NCBI GenBank assembly: GCA_026413945.1
Contig: JAOAJX010000003.1
Coordinates: 98,417-162,416 of the forward strand
Length of the DNA: 64,000 bases
From: Candidatus Iainarchaeum sp.
GTDB taxonomy: Archaea; Iainarchaeota; Iainarchaeia; Iainarchaeales; DTGL01
Reading direction: 5' to 3'
Each line of letters opens with the position of its first letter. The first letter of the stretch is position 1. A model generated the notes under the pieces. The model saw only the letters and a list, made by a program, of their open reading frames with translations. It searched no databases and was not told the DNA's origin. Made by a program: the position numbers and the translations under genes. Shown in pieces: positions 18,989-29,332 of this stretch.

Positions 18989-19333
18989 ATGGCTTCAAGA
19001 TTTAAACGAGTAAAGAGTGGAATTGGGGGTGTTTTGGCTAGGGCAAAACAGCGTTTAGAGGCCCGCAGGCAATCCAAAATTAAAAAATTAGAAGACAGAA
19101 TAGCCAAGCTAAAAAAAGAAATCGAAAGGGAATACAAATTGCTTAATAATGCTTTGAACAGAAGATCTATTCTTCTCAAAAAAGGGCCACTTTCAGAAAA
19201 AGAAAAAAGCTTGCTGGCTATTGATGGTGAATTGGTATTACGTCACAGACAAAGAATTCACTATTTAAAGAATGAAATAAGTATTTTAGAGAGTTCTCTA
19301 AAAAGACTATCTGAAAAAAAAAGAAAGAACTGA
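18989..19333 (+). CDS. Hypothetical basic coiled-coil protein
   Basis: K/R-rich heptad pattern; TTTATTAAA about 25 nt upstream. Confidence 0.7.
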   Translation: MASRFKRVKSGIGGVLARAKQRLEARRQSKIKKLEDRIAKLKKEIEREYKLLNNALNRRSILLKKGPLSEKEKSLLAIDGELVLRHRQRIHYLKNEISILESSLKRLSEKKRKN

Positions 19334-19470
19334 CTAAATTAGAATAATCCGAATTTTTGCAATAATATAAAGCATCGAGAATATTTGCATACTCATGAGT
19401 AAAAACAAATAATTAAAAATAAAAAAATACTTACTATTTTCCATAATTTACATAAAATAAGTGATAAAAT

Positions 19471-20640
19471 ATGACTTTTTCATTCAGAGCCACCTTGGCA
19501 AAATTTTTGCTGTTAGTAACTTTTCTGGTTTTAGTGCTGTATCTCTCAAAAAATTCATTTTCAGCCCCAACCCTAAGCCCAAGTGAAGTATACAAAATAA
19601 TAAAATTTGAAGAAGAAGGTGGCAGTGGGCCAAATGGAACAAGACCATCCTGCGTAATAACTTCAAGTGACCTCAGAATAGGCGAAGAGAACACAATAAC
19701 TGCTGATGTAACAGACTCTGACGGTAATTTAACTGATGCATATCTATTCATAAAATCTCCAAGCACTAAGTCGTATTACAACAAAGCCTTTTATGAGCTA
19801 ATGGCTTGTACAGGCACAGAGTTTTCTATGACTTGCAAATACACAATTGAGCCAAATTCTTCCTGGGGCGTAGATGCTAAAATAGAAGTTTCTGGTGTTG
19901 ACGACGGGGGTTTAGGCGAATATTGTTCTAAGATAGTGCGGGTAATTTCTCCAGCATCACCAACACCGATACAGGCACACCAAAGCCCAAGCCAAACACC
20001 AACAATCTCATCACCAAATGTAAGGCCGACCGTTAAGTTGAGCGCCCAAGAGCTTAAAAGATATGAAGGAAATCAAATTACTGCAAATATTACAGATCCA
20101 GATGGAGATGCTGATGCCTTGGCTGTTTTAATTTACATAAAGTCACCAAGCACTGAAGAAGCATTTAGAGTTAATGGGCAAAAAATGCCATGCGCAGGCA
20201 CAGGTGCAAGTTTAAATTGTTCCTATGTGGTAAGACCTGACTCTAACTGGGGCAATGACGCTTTGATCGTTATTCTGGCAAGTGACAAAGTAGGCAAAGG
20301 GCCTGAAGCAAAGCAAAATGTATTAATTAAGCCCGAGATAGTGCCATCACCAACCCCAAGCCCGACACCAACACCAAGTCCATCTCCAACGTTAAGCCCT
20401 TCACCAACACAGATTCCAACACCCACTCCAAGCCCAACACCAACTGTAAAAACAACCCCGAGTGTAGAAAAAACTGCACAGCCGTCACCGACTCAAAGCG
20501 TTCCACCTTTTTCCCCAGTAGTTTCCCCATCACCAAAAAAAGAGGAAAAAATGGATACTTTTATTCTGATAGCAACTACAATCTTTGTATCAGCAATAAT
20601 ACTTGCGCTTGTATATTATGTTGTGCGCAAAAAAGGCTAA
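19471..20640 (+). CDS. Surface glycoprotein: two Ig-like repeats, Pro/Thr/Ser stalk, C-terminal TM
   Basis: Duplicated N.ITA..TD.DG...IKSPST...M.C.GT...C.Y...P.S.WG.DA unit; PSPT repeats; TM then RKK. Confidence 0.85.
   Translation: MTFSFRATLAKFLLLVTFLVLVLYLSKNSFSAPTLSPSEVYKIIKFEEEGGSGPNGTRPSCVITSSDLRIGEENTITADVTDSDGNLTDAYLFIKSPSTKSYYNKAFYELMACTGTEFSMTCKYTIEPNSSWGVDAKIEVSGVDDGGLGEYCSKIVRVISPASPTPIQAHQSPSQTPTISSPNVRPTVKLSAQELKRYEGNQITANITDPDGDADALAVLIYIKSPSTEEAFRVNGQKMPCAGTGASLNCSYVVRPDSNWGNDALIVILASDKVGKGPEAKQNVLIKPEIVPSPTPSPTPTPSPSPTLSPSPTQIPTPTPSPTPTVKTTPSVEKTAQPSPTQSVPPFSPVVSPSPKKEEKMDTFILIATTIFVSAIILALVYYVVRKKG
20341..20535 (+). repeat. Low-complexity (PSPT)n coding repeat
   Basis: ccatcaccaaccccaagcccgacaccaacaccaagt... 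encodes [16 protein letters not shown]. Confidence 0.8.
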
Positions 20641-20657
20641 AAAATCTGCAAATAGAA

Positions 20658-22346
20658 CTATTTTAGCCCCAGCAATTTTTTCATCTCTTCATAAGGTGGT
20701 GGCACTCTAAGCGCAGCAGCTATTTTTCTTTTTCTCTCATCAGAACTTTTTGTTTCCACAATTCTATGAAGCGATTTTTCTATTTTCAATTCGTGGTTAA
20801 GAATCTCCTCTCTTACAGATCCCCATTTTTCAGGGCTGTTGAGAAATCTGATAAAAACATTTCTTTGGGTCTCAATTAAAGCCCTTCTGTCCCCTATAAA
20901 AAGGCCACAAAATAAAGGCGCCAATGTTTTGTTTTGTTCGCTAAAGGGATTTATAAAGTGACCGTGTTCACACAGCCTTAACCTCATTTCTTTTGCGATC
21001 TCCTTCAACCTTTTTTCTGCCGAACTATCAGAAGCAATTAACGCATAGTCGATATCACTGCCTGCTCTTGCGTAGCCTTTCGCTAAGCTGCCGAGTATAA
21101 CTATGCCTATGAATTTGTCCTCATACTCTCGTTTTAGCTGTGTGGCTGCTTCACGAAGCGGTTTTATGTCCGCTAAAATTTCCTTCAGATGAGGCATTGC
21201 TGCAAAAGGCCTTCTTGTTAATAGCAAAAGTTCTCTTGCATTAATCATACTAATAGCCTCTTCAGCATGCCTGCGCAAGTGATAATCCCCTTTTTCAACC
21301 ATCATGGCAAGCGCTCTGAAATCTTTTTTCTCGAGGTAATATCTCGCAAGGGCTTCAGCAGCATACTCTTTCGTTACCCAATCCTCATCAAGAAGCAGTT
21401 TTTCAAGTGCCTTAACGCCTTTTGGGCCAATTTTAAGTAAGGCTCTTGCAGAAGGCTCCTTACGATCTAATTCACTGTTTCTCATGATTTCCATCAAAGC
21501 AGGTATTGCAGCTTCACCTCTCTTTCCAAGCTCCTGAGCAACAGCTCTTGTTATATCATATGAATTTCCGGCTTTTGCAAGCTCTACTAATTTGCTTATG
21601 CCTTCTCTGCCTGGAAATATTCTAGAAATTGCGGCGACCGCTTCTCTTTTCGCCAACCAATGTTCGCTCCTTAGAAGTGTCATTAATAAGGATAACCCAC
21701 GTTTCCCCATCATTGCGAGCCCATGTGCTGCGCCGGCTCTTATCTGCCCGTCTTCATGGTAAACAAGGCCTCGCAGTGCATTATAATCGCCCTGCTTTGC
21801 ATATATTATTGATGCTGCTTTGGAAAGATCCATCCATGCTGAAACCTCCAGTAATGACAGATTGTTTAATATTTTATTGGCCAAAGGCGCTGCCTTTTCG
21901 CCAGCAAGATGTAATGCTTCGACAACTGAGATCTGGATAGAACTTCTGCCACTATCAAAAAGTCTTTCAAGGTCGGCTATCCGACCCTGTTTTGCATAAC
22001 GCCTCGCCAGGGATAAAGACGCCCTTTTCACCACATCGTAATTTCCAGAGCGCAAAAGCTTTTCCAATTCATTAGTTGTCAGGCTTTCAAAGGGTCTTTT
22101 TTCTATGATCAGCCTTTCACAAGCTGCCTTTCTTATAACTGGATCTTTACTTAGAGCCATTGTGGATAGTAGTTTTGCGCTAACTTTCTTCTTCTGGAGC
22201 CGCCTTATCGCATAATCATAAGGAAGTTGCTGCCTTGGGAAAGTAGAGGCGGGCGGCTTTATGCCAGATGCAATTATTTCTTTTCTGGCATCTTCCCTCT
22301 GCACGCGTAGCATACTGGGCTTAGGCTTTTTGAACTGTGGTTTCAC
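20658..22346 (-). CDS. HEAT/PBS-lyase repeat protein fused to a C-terminal Pol-beta-type nucleotidyltransferase domain
   Basis: Repeats such as D..IRAGAAHGL.MMG and D...K..AA.AL; GIVILGSLAKGYARAGSDIDY. Confidence 0.8.
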   Translation of the reverse strand: MKPQFKKPKPSMLRVQREDARKEIIASGIKPPASTFPRQQLPYDYAIRRLQKKKVSAKLLSTMALSKDPVIRKAACERLIIEKRPFESLTTNELEKLLRSGNYDVVKRASLSLARRYAKQGRIADLERLFDSGRSSIQISVVEALHLAGEKAAPLANKILNNLSLLEVSAWMDLSKAASIIYAKQGDYNALRGLVYHEDGQIRAGAAHGLAMMGKRGLSLLMTLLRSEHWLAKREAVAAISRIFPGREGISKLVELAKAGNSYDITRAVAQELGKRGEAAIPALMEIMRNSELDRKEPSARALLKIGPKGVKALEKLLLDEDWVTKEYAAEALARYYLEKKDFRALAMMVEKGDYHLRRHAEEAISMINARELLLLTRRPFAAMPHLKEILADIKPLREAATQLKREYEDKFIGIVILGSLAKGYARAGSDIDYALIASDSSAEKRLKEIAKEMRLRLCEHGHFINPFSEQNKTLAPLFCGLFIGDRRALIETQRNVFIRFLNSPEKWGSVREEILNHELKIEKSLHRIVETKSSDERKRKIAAALRVPPPYEEMKKLLGLK

Positions 22347-22436
22347 AATATTATTAGAATTGATTGTTTTTTATTGGTTTTGAAACCCTCTTTCTTTTTA
22401 AAACATATTAAAAAACTTTGCTTCAAGTTGTGATTT

Positions 22437-24053
22437 ATGGATTTGGGCCCTTTAATAGCCCCAATTTTTGGAATTCTCGCAGGCCTTGCCGTTTTCCTTT
22501 TTGGCATGTCAATGCTTTCTGAAACACTCAAGAGCGTTGCGGGCGAAAAATTAAAAAAATTGCTTGAAAGATTTACAAACAGCCGCATTAAAGCGTGTGC
22601 AGTAGGCGCTTTTGTAACCGGAATTCTACAAAGCTCTTCATTAATGATGGTTGTTTTCATTGGCTTTCTTAATGCAGGTATGATGAGCCTGGAGCAAGCA
22701 GTATGGGCAATGCTTGGGGCTGAGATAGGCACTACTGTTACTGCACAATTGCTTGCTGGGGCAGTGTCCTTCAAGTTGGTTGACCTTTTAGGCATGCCTT
22801 TCCTTGCAGCTGGCTTTTTTGCCCAGCTGATGTCTAGAAAAAAATCTTTCAAGAGCGCCGGAAAAATAATTTTTGCAGTTGGTCTTATCCTTCTTGGAAT
22901 GGACTTAATGTCTGATGCAGTTGGCCATATTAAGAAAGATCCAAACGCAAAAGACTTACTAGCATCTTTTGGTACACAGCCAGTGCTGGGTGTTTTGGCT
23001 GGAGCTATTTTCACTGCAATAGTACAGAGCTCGTCAGCTACTACCGCACTTGTCATAGCTATTTCAACAACAGGCGCTATTACACTGCCAGGAGCAATTG
23101 CAATAATCCTCGGCGCGAACATAGGCACAACATTTGATACGCATTTAGCAGCGATAGGTTCAAACATTTCCGGTAAAAAACTAGCTTTTATACAAAGCAC
23201 TGTAAATGTGCTTGGGGCAATAGCTTTCATCCCATTCATTTACCAGTTTTCAGCCGTTATGGCCGCCACGAGCAACGAGCTTCCCAGGCAGATTGCAAAC
23301 AGCCACACGACATTTAATGTTGTCTGCACTGCAGTTGCGTTGCCACTGTCTGCATATCTAGTGAAAATTTCTGGCAGAATCATTAAAGGGCATGATGTTA
23401 GAGTTGAGCGCGGTCTGAAACATATTAACAAAAAAATTGCAGCTGTGCCTTCCGTTGCGTTGGCACAGATTAAGAAAGAAGTTTTGCGTATGTCTGATAT
23501 TGCATTAGAGATGATAAAAATATCGAGGAAAGCACTTCTTGAGAATGATCTTTCAATGAAAAAACAGCTCTATGAATACGAGGATACGCTTGATGAACTT
23601 AAACTAATACTTTTTATAATGGTCGAGGATTTGTGCAAAGGCGAGCTTAACTGCGAAGATCATAGAAATGCGGCAATGCTTAAAAGTCACATCATCGATA
23701 TCGAGCGCGTGGGTGACCATGCAAACAATCTTTTTGAGCTTGCAGAGAAAAAGCGTGAACTTAAGACAGAATTTTCCACAAAAGAGAAAAAGGAACTAAA
23801 CCACTATTTTGAACTCGCAACTGAAGCTTATTTGGCTGGCGCTAAAGCACTTAGGTGCGCTGAAGAGGTGCATTATAAAAAAATAATAAAAAACGAGCAG
23901 GAACTTGACATGATTCAGGAAAGGATTGAAAAAATTGAATCAAAGGAAAAGGAGAAAAAAAGCGCTATAATAATGGTTGAGGCATTTCTCAATCTGGAAA
24001 GGATAAGCGATCATGCCAAGAACATTATGAGAACCTTGCAGCAAGGTTTTTGA
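22437..24053 (+). CDS. Na+/phosphate cotransporter with PhoU domains
   Basis: QSSS x2, GAEIGTT/GANIGTT, DIERVGDHA, LERISDHA. Confidence 0.93.
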   Translation: MDLGPLIAPIFGILAGLAVFLFGMSMLSETLKSVAGEKLKKLLERFTNSRIKACAVGAFVTGILQSSSLMMVVFIGFLNAGMMSLEQAVWAMLGAEIGTTVTAQLLAGAVSFKLVDLLGMPFLAAGFFAQLMSRKKSFKSAGKIIFAVGLILLGMDLMSDAVGHIKKDPNAKDLLASFGTQPVLGVLAGAIFTAIVQSSSATTALVIAISTTGAITLPGAIAIILGANIGTTFDTHLAAIGSNISGKKLAFIQSTVNVLGAIAFIPFIYQFSAVMAATSNELPRQIANSHTTFNVVCTAVALPLSAYLVKISGRIIKGHDVRVERGLKHINKKIAAVPSVALAQIKKEVLRMSDIALEMIKISRKALLENDLSMKKQLYEYEDTLDELKLILFIMVEDLCKGELNCEDHRNAAMLKSHIIDIERVGDHANNLFELAEKKRELKTEFSTKEKKELNHYFELATEAYLAGAKALRCAEEVHYKKIIKNEQELDMIQERIEKIESKEKEKKSAIIMVEAFLNLERISDHAKNIMRTLQQGF

Positions 24054-24069
24054 TGTTTAGGTGAGTCAT

Positions 24070-24288
24070 ATGGTCAAAAAAGCAGATAACCCAAAAAAGC
24101 TCTACCGATCAAGCAAAAACAATTGGCTTGGCGGCGTTTGTGGCGGCATAGGCGAATACTTTGAAGTTGATCCAAATATAGTCCGAATCGTTTGGATTGC
24201 CCTTACACTGGCTTCTCTGGGCTTTGGCCTGTTGCTTTATATTGCCGCGTGGCTTATAATACCACTGAATACAGAACAGTCAAAATAA
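24070..24288 (+). CDS. PspC domain protein
   Basis: LYRS.....LGGVCGGIGEYF.VDP..VR ... LLYIAAWLIIP. Confidence 0.92.
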   Translation: MVKKADNPKKLYRSSKNNWLGGVCGGIGEYFEVDPNIVRIVWIALTLASLGFGLLLYIAAWLIIPLNTEQSK

Positions 24289-24411
24289 TCAGAATATTCT
24301 AAACTATCCCAAGTTTTTTAATATGTTTTGTACAAAAATTTTATTTTAATGTATAACGAATGGAAAAAATACAATAGAAAAAAATTCCTTAAAAGTCTTG
24401 AAAGGAAAGGA

Positions 24412-25083
24412 ATGCAAGTACATTTAATAACTCACCCTCTAATTTTGGAGGAGCTTACAAGACTTAGAGACAAAAGTACCAATCGCTTCGAGTTTAGGCA
24501 TTCACTGCGAAGGATGGGAGAGCTTTTAACATATGAGCTCCTTAGGTTTGGGAAGATCAAAAAAATACCTTTGGTTACGCCACTTGGCAAATCTCACGGC
24601 TATAAGCTTGAAGATGGCTATGTTGTGGTACCTGTTTTAAGAGCTGGAGTTCCAATTGCAGAAGGCTTCAATGCAATGATAAGCAGTGTTGAGATTGCCT
24701 TTGTTTCATGCTGGCGTGACAAGGATCTTAGCGTTGTTGTTGAGTATGCAAAAGTTCCAGACATAAGCAATAAGCAGGTTATAATAATAGATCCTATGCT
24801 AGCAACAGGCCACAGCTTGTGCGCAGTCTACGAAACTTTGAGAAGGTTTGGTAAGGCCAAAAGTTGGAAGATACTTGCTGTGATCGCAAGCCCTGTTGGC
24901 TTGAAAGAGATCAGCAAGAGCTTTCCAAAAGGCACAGATGTTTTTATCTGTGCTTTAGATGATAGTGCTTTTGGCAAGGATTTCTTAGGGCCTGGTCTCA
25001 ATTCACACGGTTATATTGTGCCAGGCCTTGGCGATGCTGGAGATCGGGCCTATGGTTCACCTTTAAAACTAAGTAAGAAATAA
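24412..25083 (+). CDS. upp: Uracil phosphoribosyltransferase
   Basis: HPL, VPVLRAG, DPMLATGHS, GYIVPGLGDAGDR. Confidence 0.95.
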   Translation: MQVHLITHPLILEELTRLRDKSTNRFEFRHSLRRMGELLTYELLRFGKIKKIPLVTPLGKSHGYKLEDGYVVVPVLRAGVPIAEGFNAMISSVEIAFVSCWRDKDLSVVVEYAKVPDISNKQVIIIDPMLATGHSLCAVYETLRRFGKAKSWKILAVIASPVGLKEISKSFPKGTDVFICALDDSAFGKDFLGPGLNSHGYIVPGLGDAGDRAYGSPLKLSKK

Positions 25084-25116
25084 GAGCAGTATTTATAGTG
25101 CTTTGGCCTTTTTTAC

Positions 25117-25641
25117 CTATTTTCTTCTTTTTACGCTTTCAGCGATTTCTTCATCAAGTTTTTTAAGTTCACTCTCACTTAATTCAAATTCGCTTTCTTT
25201 GCTTTTTCTCTCAAATAATATGAAATATGAGCCAAGCATCAAGGCATATCCAAAAATCAAAGTACCAGCCCCTAAAAGCATAAGAATTATTCCTTCCTCT
25301 AAAGAAGGGTTAAGCATTGCAAAGGCTATGCCACCAAAATAAAATAACGCGAAAACAATAAGCAGTATTTGAGCATATAACCTTCTTTTTTCGCTCACGA
25401 GCTTTTCGTCGTAAAAAGGCTTCAGGCCCTCTTTTCCTGAATTTTTAACGCAGCTTTTACAAAGGACGCCGTCTTCTGTTACAAACAAGCATGCACCACA
25501 AACCGCTCTGCTGCAGTTAGGGCATTCGTAAATCGAAAGGTCAAATATTGGTGGAAAGCCACGATGCACAGAGCACCATGGATATAAAATTTGCTTTCTA
25601 ATTATAGACCATTTACTTTCAGGGTTTTTATCGTCACTCAT
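25117..25641 (-). CDS. B-box-like zinc finger protein with two TM helices
   Basis: CSVH...CPNC...CGAC...CKSC then two hydrophobic segments. Confidence 0.7.
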   Translation of the reverse strand: MSDDKNPESKWSIIRKQILYPWCSVHRGFPPIFDLSIYECPNCSRAVCGACLFVTEDGVLCKSCVKNSGKEGLKPFYDEKLVSEKRRLYAQILLIVFALFYFGGIAFAMLNPSLEEGIILMLLGAGTLIFGYALMLGSYFILFERKSKESEFELSESELKKLDEEIAESVKRRK

Positions 25642-26831
25642 CTCAATGACCTAGCGAATTCCTCTATCTTGTTGAAGGCTTCTTCAAGGATATTTAATGG
25701 TGGTAGGATAACTATTCGGAAGTGTTTTGTGCCTTGCTTTTGCCCAAATCCAGAGCCATGTACAACACAGACGCCTTTTTCCCGCAACAAACCTAATGCA
25801 AATTCCTTATCATCTTTCACAGGAAGCTCTATTTTTGGAAATGCATAAAAAGCAGCATTCGGCTTTTGACAGCTTATACCTTTTATTTCATTTAACCTTT
25901 TTACAGAATAATCGCGCCTCTTTCTTAGCTTTTTCACAGCATCCTTTATGTGCTTCTTGCTGCCTTCAAGAGCCGGCTTTATCGCATACTGAAATGGATG
26001 TACTGCACAGAGCCTAGCTCTTGCCAACCTTGAGATAGCATCCATTATGTCTGAATTTTGCAGCAGGAACTCGTTTGGCGCAATCCAGCCCATTCGAAAT
26101 CCGGTTGCTAAATAGTTTTTGCTAAGCCCATTTGCCACAATGACTGGGACATCTTTTGCTAAAGCCCCCATGCAATAATGCTTTTCTTTTTCATCGAGAA
26201 GAAGTTCATCATATATTTCATCAGAAAATATCACTAGCTTGTGCTCTGCCGCTATGCTTATGATTTCTTCGAGTGTTTTCTTGCTGTAATTCGTGCCTGT
26301 CGGATTGTTTGGGTTTATCACCACAATGGCTTTAGTTTTTTTGTCAATGTTCTTTCTTATACTCTCTATATCAGGCTGCCAACCTCTGCTCTCATCCAAA
26401 TCATAATATTTTTCCTCTACATCATAAAAAGGCAAAGCTGCAGAATAAACTGGATAGCAGGGCCTTGGGAGAAGTATGCTTTCCCCAGGATTTGCAACGC
26501 AGCTCATAGCAAACCAAATCAACTCAGAGGATCCATTGCCAAGCAGCACATTTTCAGGTTCAACCCTCATCCCTTTTCTATTGAAATTCTCTGCGATTGC
26601 TTCTCGAGCCTCTTTTATACCCTCACTCGGCGCATAGCTCTCTCCTTTCTGCTTCGAATCAAAGACAGCTTTCCATAAGTGCTCCGGAGTTCGGAAGTCA
26701 TATTTTAATGGATCCCCAATGTTTAAGTAGAGCACTTTTTTGCCCTGTTTTTCCAGTTTTGAGGCCTCCACTACAATATCTCTAATTGCATATGAAACTT
26801 TCTCGGAACGTTTTGAAGCTTTGAAAAACAT
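25638..26831 (-). CDS. Class I PLP aminotransferase (alanine aminotransferase-like)
   Basis: YAIRD, LNIGDP, NPNNPTG, SDEIYD, GLSK..LATGFRMGW. Confidence 0.9.
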   Translation of the reverse strand: MFFKASKRSEKVSYAIRDIVVEASKLEKQGKKVLYLNIGDPLKYDFRTPEHLWKAVFDSKQKGESYAPSEGIKEAREAIAENFNRKGMRVEPENVLLGNGSSELIWFAMSCVANPGESILLPRPCYPVYSAALPFYDVEEKYYDLDESRGWQPDIESIRKNIDKKTKAIVVINPNNPTGTNYSKKTLEEIISIAAEHKLVIFSDEIYDELLLDEKEKHYCMGALAKDVPVIVANGLSKNYLATGFRMGWIAPNEFLLQNSDIMDAISRLARARLCAVHPFQYAIKPALEGSKKHIKDAVKKLRKRRDYSVKRLNEIKGISCQKPNAAFYAFPKIELPVKDDKEFALGLLREKGVCVVHGSGFGQKQGTKHFRIVILPPLNILEEAFNKIEEFARSLR

Positions 26832-26920
26832 ATATGTTGAAAGAGATATCGAAAATTATTAAAAATAATGTGTTGTTATAGCGAGATGGCTATTTACTAA
26901 ATAGTCCCTAATCTCTTTTT

Positions 26921-27367
26921 TCAAACATTTTGCAAGATTTCTATGCTGTTCTCCGTGTGATACTTAAGAATTAGCTTACAGATGGCTTTTTTTATCATCT
27001 GTTTAGGTGGATAGTTGTATATTTTACCTTTGTAAAAATACACTCTACAACCACACTTGCACTCCTTTGTAACATATTCTGAGGCCCCTCCGGTTTTATT
27101 AGCAATTTTTTCACATGGAATGCATCTATTTTTAGCGATTGTTTCTTGGATGTCTTCACCATTAATTCTAACTGTTGGGGACCCAACAAAATTAAATTTT
27201 TTGGCTTTATTCTCCGAGTCGATTATAATTTCTTCCACCTCTGCTTTCAACCCCAACTCCTTCAAGCTTTCTTTAACTAACTTCTTTGTTTTTACACACC
27301 ATGGGCAATCTAAAAGGTACAATACCTGAATTTTTATTTTCGACTTTTTATCAGTAGTTTTTATCAT
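26921..27367 (-). CDS. Thioredoxin-fold protein (DUF2703-like)
   Basis: CPWC, FVGSPTVRING.DI, C.CRVY. Confidence 0.75.
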   Translation of the reverse strand: MIKTTDKKSKIKIQVLYLLDCPWCVKTKKLVKESLKELGLKAEVEEIIIDSENKAKKFNFVGSPTVRINGEDIQETIAKNRCIPCEKIANKTGGASEYVTKECKCGCRVYFYKGKIYNYPPKQMIKKAICKLILKYHTENSIEILQNV

Positions 27368-27421
27368 CCCTATCAGCTTTCCACATCGCAGTATATTGCT
27401 TTTGTATTTCTGAGTTTTTTT

Positions 27422-27483
27422 GGCTCAGGGTTGGATTGTCTCCTCATTGCTTGCGCTCTGCCGGTGTTAACCTCATCATTGCC
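27422..27483 (-). ncRNA. Box C/D 2'-O-methylation guide sRNA
   Basis: GGC A ATGATGA(C) GGTTAACACCGG CAGA(D') GCGCAAGCA ATGAGGA(C') GACAATCCAACC CTGA(D) GCC; two 12-nt guides, terminal stem. Confidence 0.9.
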
Positions 27484-27613
27484 GTAAAAATATTCCTCTG
27501 TAAGTCAATTAAAAATTATGTTTTGAGTTGAGCAACACCTTTATTTTTCCTGATCTGGGTGCTTTACTTTGCTCTTTTTAAATGGTACTTTATCTTTTAC
27601 TTCAGCATATTTT

Positions 27614-27976
27614 TTATAGTGCCAAGATTTTTGGGTTCAGCAAAACGCCCGCCGCAAATGAAAAAGCGTTCATTGCCAGCGCAAGCATAAAAACTTCTTT
27701 TGGTTTTTTTTCGAGAGCATGCGAAAGCAGCAGGGTTTCTGCTGCCACAACAAAGGCCTCAACCGCAAGCAGAAAAATAAGGTTAATCTTTAGCAAACCA
27801 AGGTTATACACAAAAAGAACTATAAAGTTTGCCAGCGGATTTGTTGCCAGATTAACTAAAAAGATTACAATAAGCTCATGCCTTTGCCTGTATTTAAGCA
27901 TCCAAGCTACAGTGAGCTCAATTACTTCAGTGAGAACTAATGCTATTGCAAAATCACTTATTGGCATTCTTTTCAC
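27614..27976 (-). CDS. Small 4-TM membrane protein
   Basis: LTEVIE..VA, VNLATNP, VEAFVVAAE, MNAFSF..G. Confidence 0.7.
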   Translation of the reverse strand: MKRMPISDFAIALVLTEVIELTVAWMLKYRQRHELIVIFLVNLATNPLANFIVLFVYNLGLLKINLIFLLAVEAFVVAAETLLLSHALEKKPKEVFMLALAMNAFSFAAGVLLNPKILAL

Positions 27977-28169
27977 TTTGCTTTGCCTGCGCCTTTTTTT
28001 GACCCTTTCTTTTACTCAGCAATATTATGACTATCACTATTATAACCGCTATCACAACGCCAATCACTGCAATTAGTGTCAAATCAGCAGGAGTTGGCAG
28101 ACCTATTAAATCCGCGAGTATATTTTGCAAAACTGCAAAGAACGCAGGCAAGAAAACAGAGTTTGCCAT
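27954..28169 (-). CDS. Small single-TM membrane protein
   Basis: SD GGTGA, hydrophobic helix followed by basic tail. Confidence 0.65.
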   Translation of the reverse strand: MANSVFLPAFFAVLQNILADLIGLPTPADLTLIAVIGVVIAVIIVIVIILLSKRKGQKKAQAKQSEKNANK

Positions 28170-28184
28170 GAAGATCACCAAATA

Positions 28185-29276
28185 TTAATATTCATCAGGT
28201 TTTATAATTCTTTCATATAACTTCAAGGCTAACAGGAGCACCATTGCGGAGACAAGCACAGAAAAAAAGACCGCCTCTTTGTTTCCAAAATAATTTCCAA
28301 ACTCTGAAAAGAAAGGAAGCGCTCCTGCTAAAAGCGCCGTACATGCAAGCCCAAAAGACAGGCCAGGCCTTTTTTCAAGCAAGTTTGCTATTGCAACCAA
28401 AGTTATTGGCATAGTCATATTGAAAAGCAGTGCACCAATTAGGCCGGCTAATGCAAAATCCCAGCCAATATAAAGCAGAGGCGCGGAAACTACAAGGCCG
28501 GCGACACCTAGCCTTATCCAGCCAAACTTATCCCCCAGAACGCCGCCAATTGCTTTGCCAAGAGCTATGCAGAAAACAAGCGCCCACAAAAGAGCCTGGT
28601 TTCCTTTCCACGGAAAGTTCATTGCAAAGCCGATAAAGGACCTTGCAGCTATTGTGATAAGCAGCAGAGAAAGCCCTAGAACCAAAAAGTTTGACTTGTC
28701 AGGCCTTTGCTTTTCTGGAAATTTTTCAGGATTGTTAATTTTTGGCTGTGCCAGAAATAGAATCAATACAGCTGGCACAATGAGCATGCATGCAAAAATA
28801 AATTGATTGAAGAAGCCGCCTTTTCCTGCCAAGGTTCCAAGAAGCAAGCCAACTGCGCCAGGGGCAACAAAAAGCCCGGGTGCTGAGGCCTTTTTAGGAA
28901 TAAGGTTCAATGAAATAACTCCACCCCCAATATGGAACAGTGCATTTCCAATGCCAGCAAAAAAGACGGCTGTTGCTGTCTGGGAAGACGGGATGAATAT
29001 TGCAATTGCAGTAAGAAGTATGCCCAACAGAGCAATCTCTTTAGGCTTTTTCGTTATGTCTGCTATCCAACCAAATGGAAGCTGGAGACCAAATGCAAGA
29101 ACATTGTATAATAAAATTAAGTATGCAAAATAAGGAAGATTATTTCCAAATGAACCAAAACCGCTGAATATTATCCCAGCGCATGCAGCATCTACTGCAA
29201 AATGCAAAAAACCATACACGGAAAGGTTGCTACTAACCCCAAATAACTTTGACTTAACAAAAGAATTGACGCCCAC
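28185..29276 (-). CDS. MFS-like membrane protein
   Basis: HFAVD, G.IAD, GNALFH.GG, GG.LGDKFG; about 12 TM. Confidence 0.75.
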   Translation of the reverse strand: MGVNSFVKSKLFGVSSNLSVYGFLHFAVDAACAGIIFSGFGSFGNNLPYFAYLILLYNVLAFGLQLPFGWIADITKKPKEIALLGILLTAIAIFIPSSQTATAVFFAGIGNALFHIGGGVISLNLIPKKASAPGLFVAPGAVGLLLGTLAGKGGFFNQFIFACMLIVPAVLILFLAQPKINNPEKFPEKQRPDKSNFLVLGLSLLLITIAARSFIGFAMNFPWKGNQALLWALVFCIALGKAIGGVLGDKFGWIRLGVAGLVVSAPLLYIGWDFALAGLIGALLFNMTMPITLVAIANLLEKRPGLSFGLACTALLAGALPFFSEFGNYFGNKEAVFFSVLVSAMVLLLALKLYERIIKPDEY

Positions 29277-29332
29277 GTAAAAAAATTGTTTTTCTTGTTA
29301 AAAAAGCTATCCTTTACCTGAAGATTTTTACA

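Noticed and set aside
22343-23239. 298-aa minus-strand ORF
   Set aside because: Antisense shadow of the Na/Pi cotransporter, with no independent motifs.
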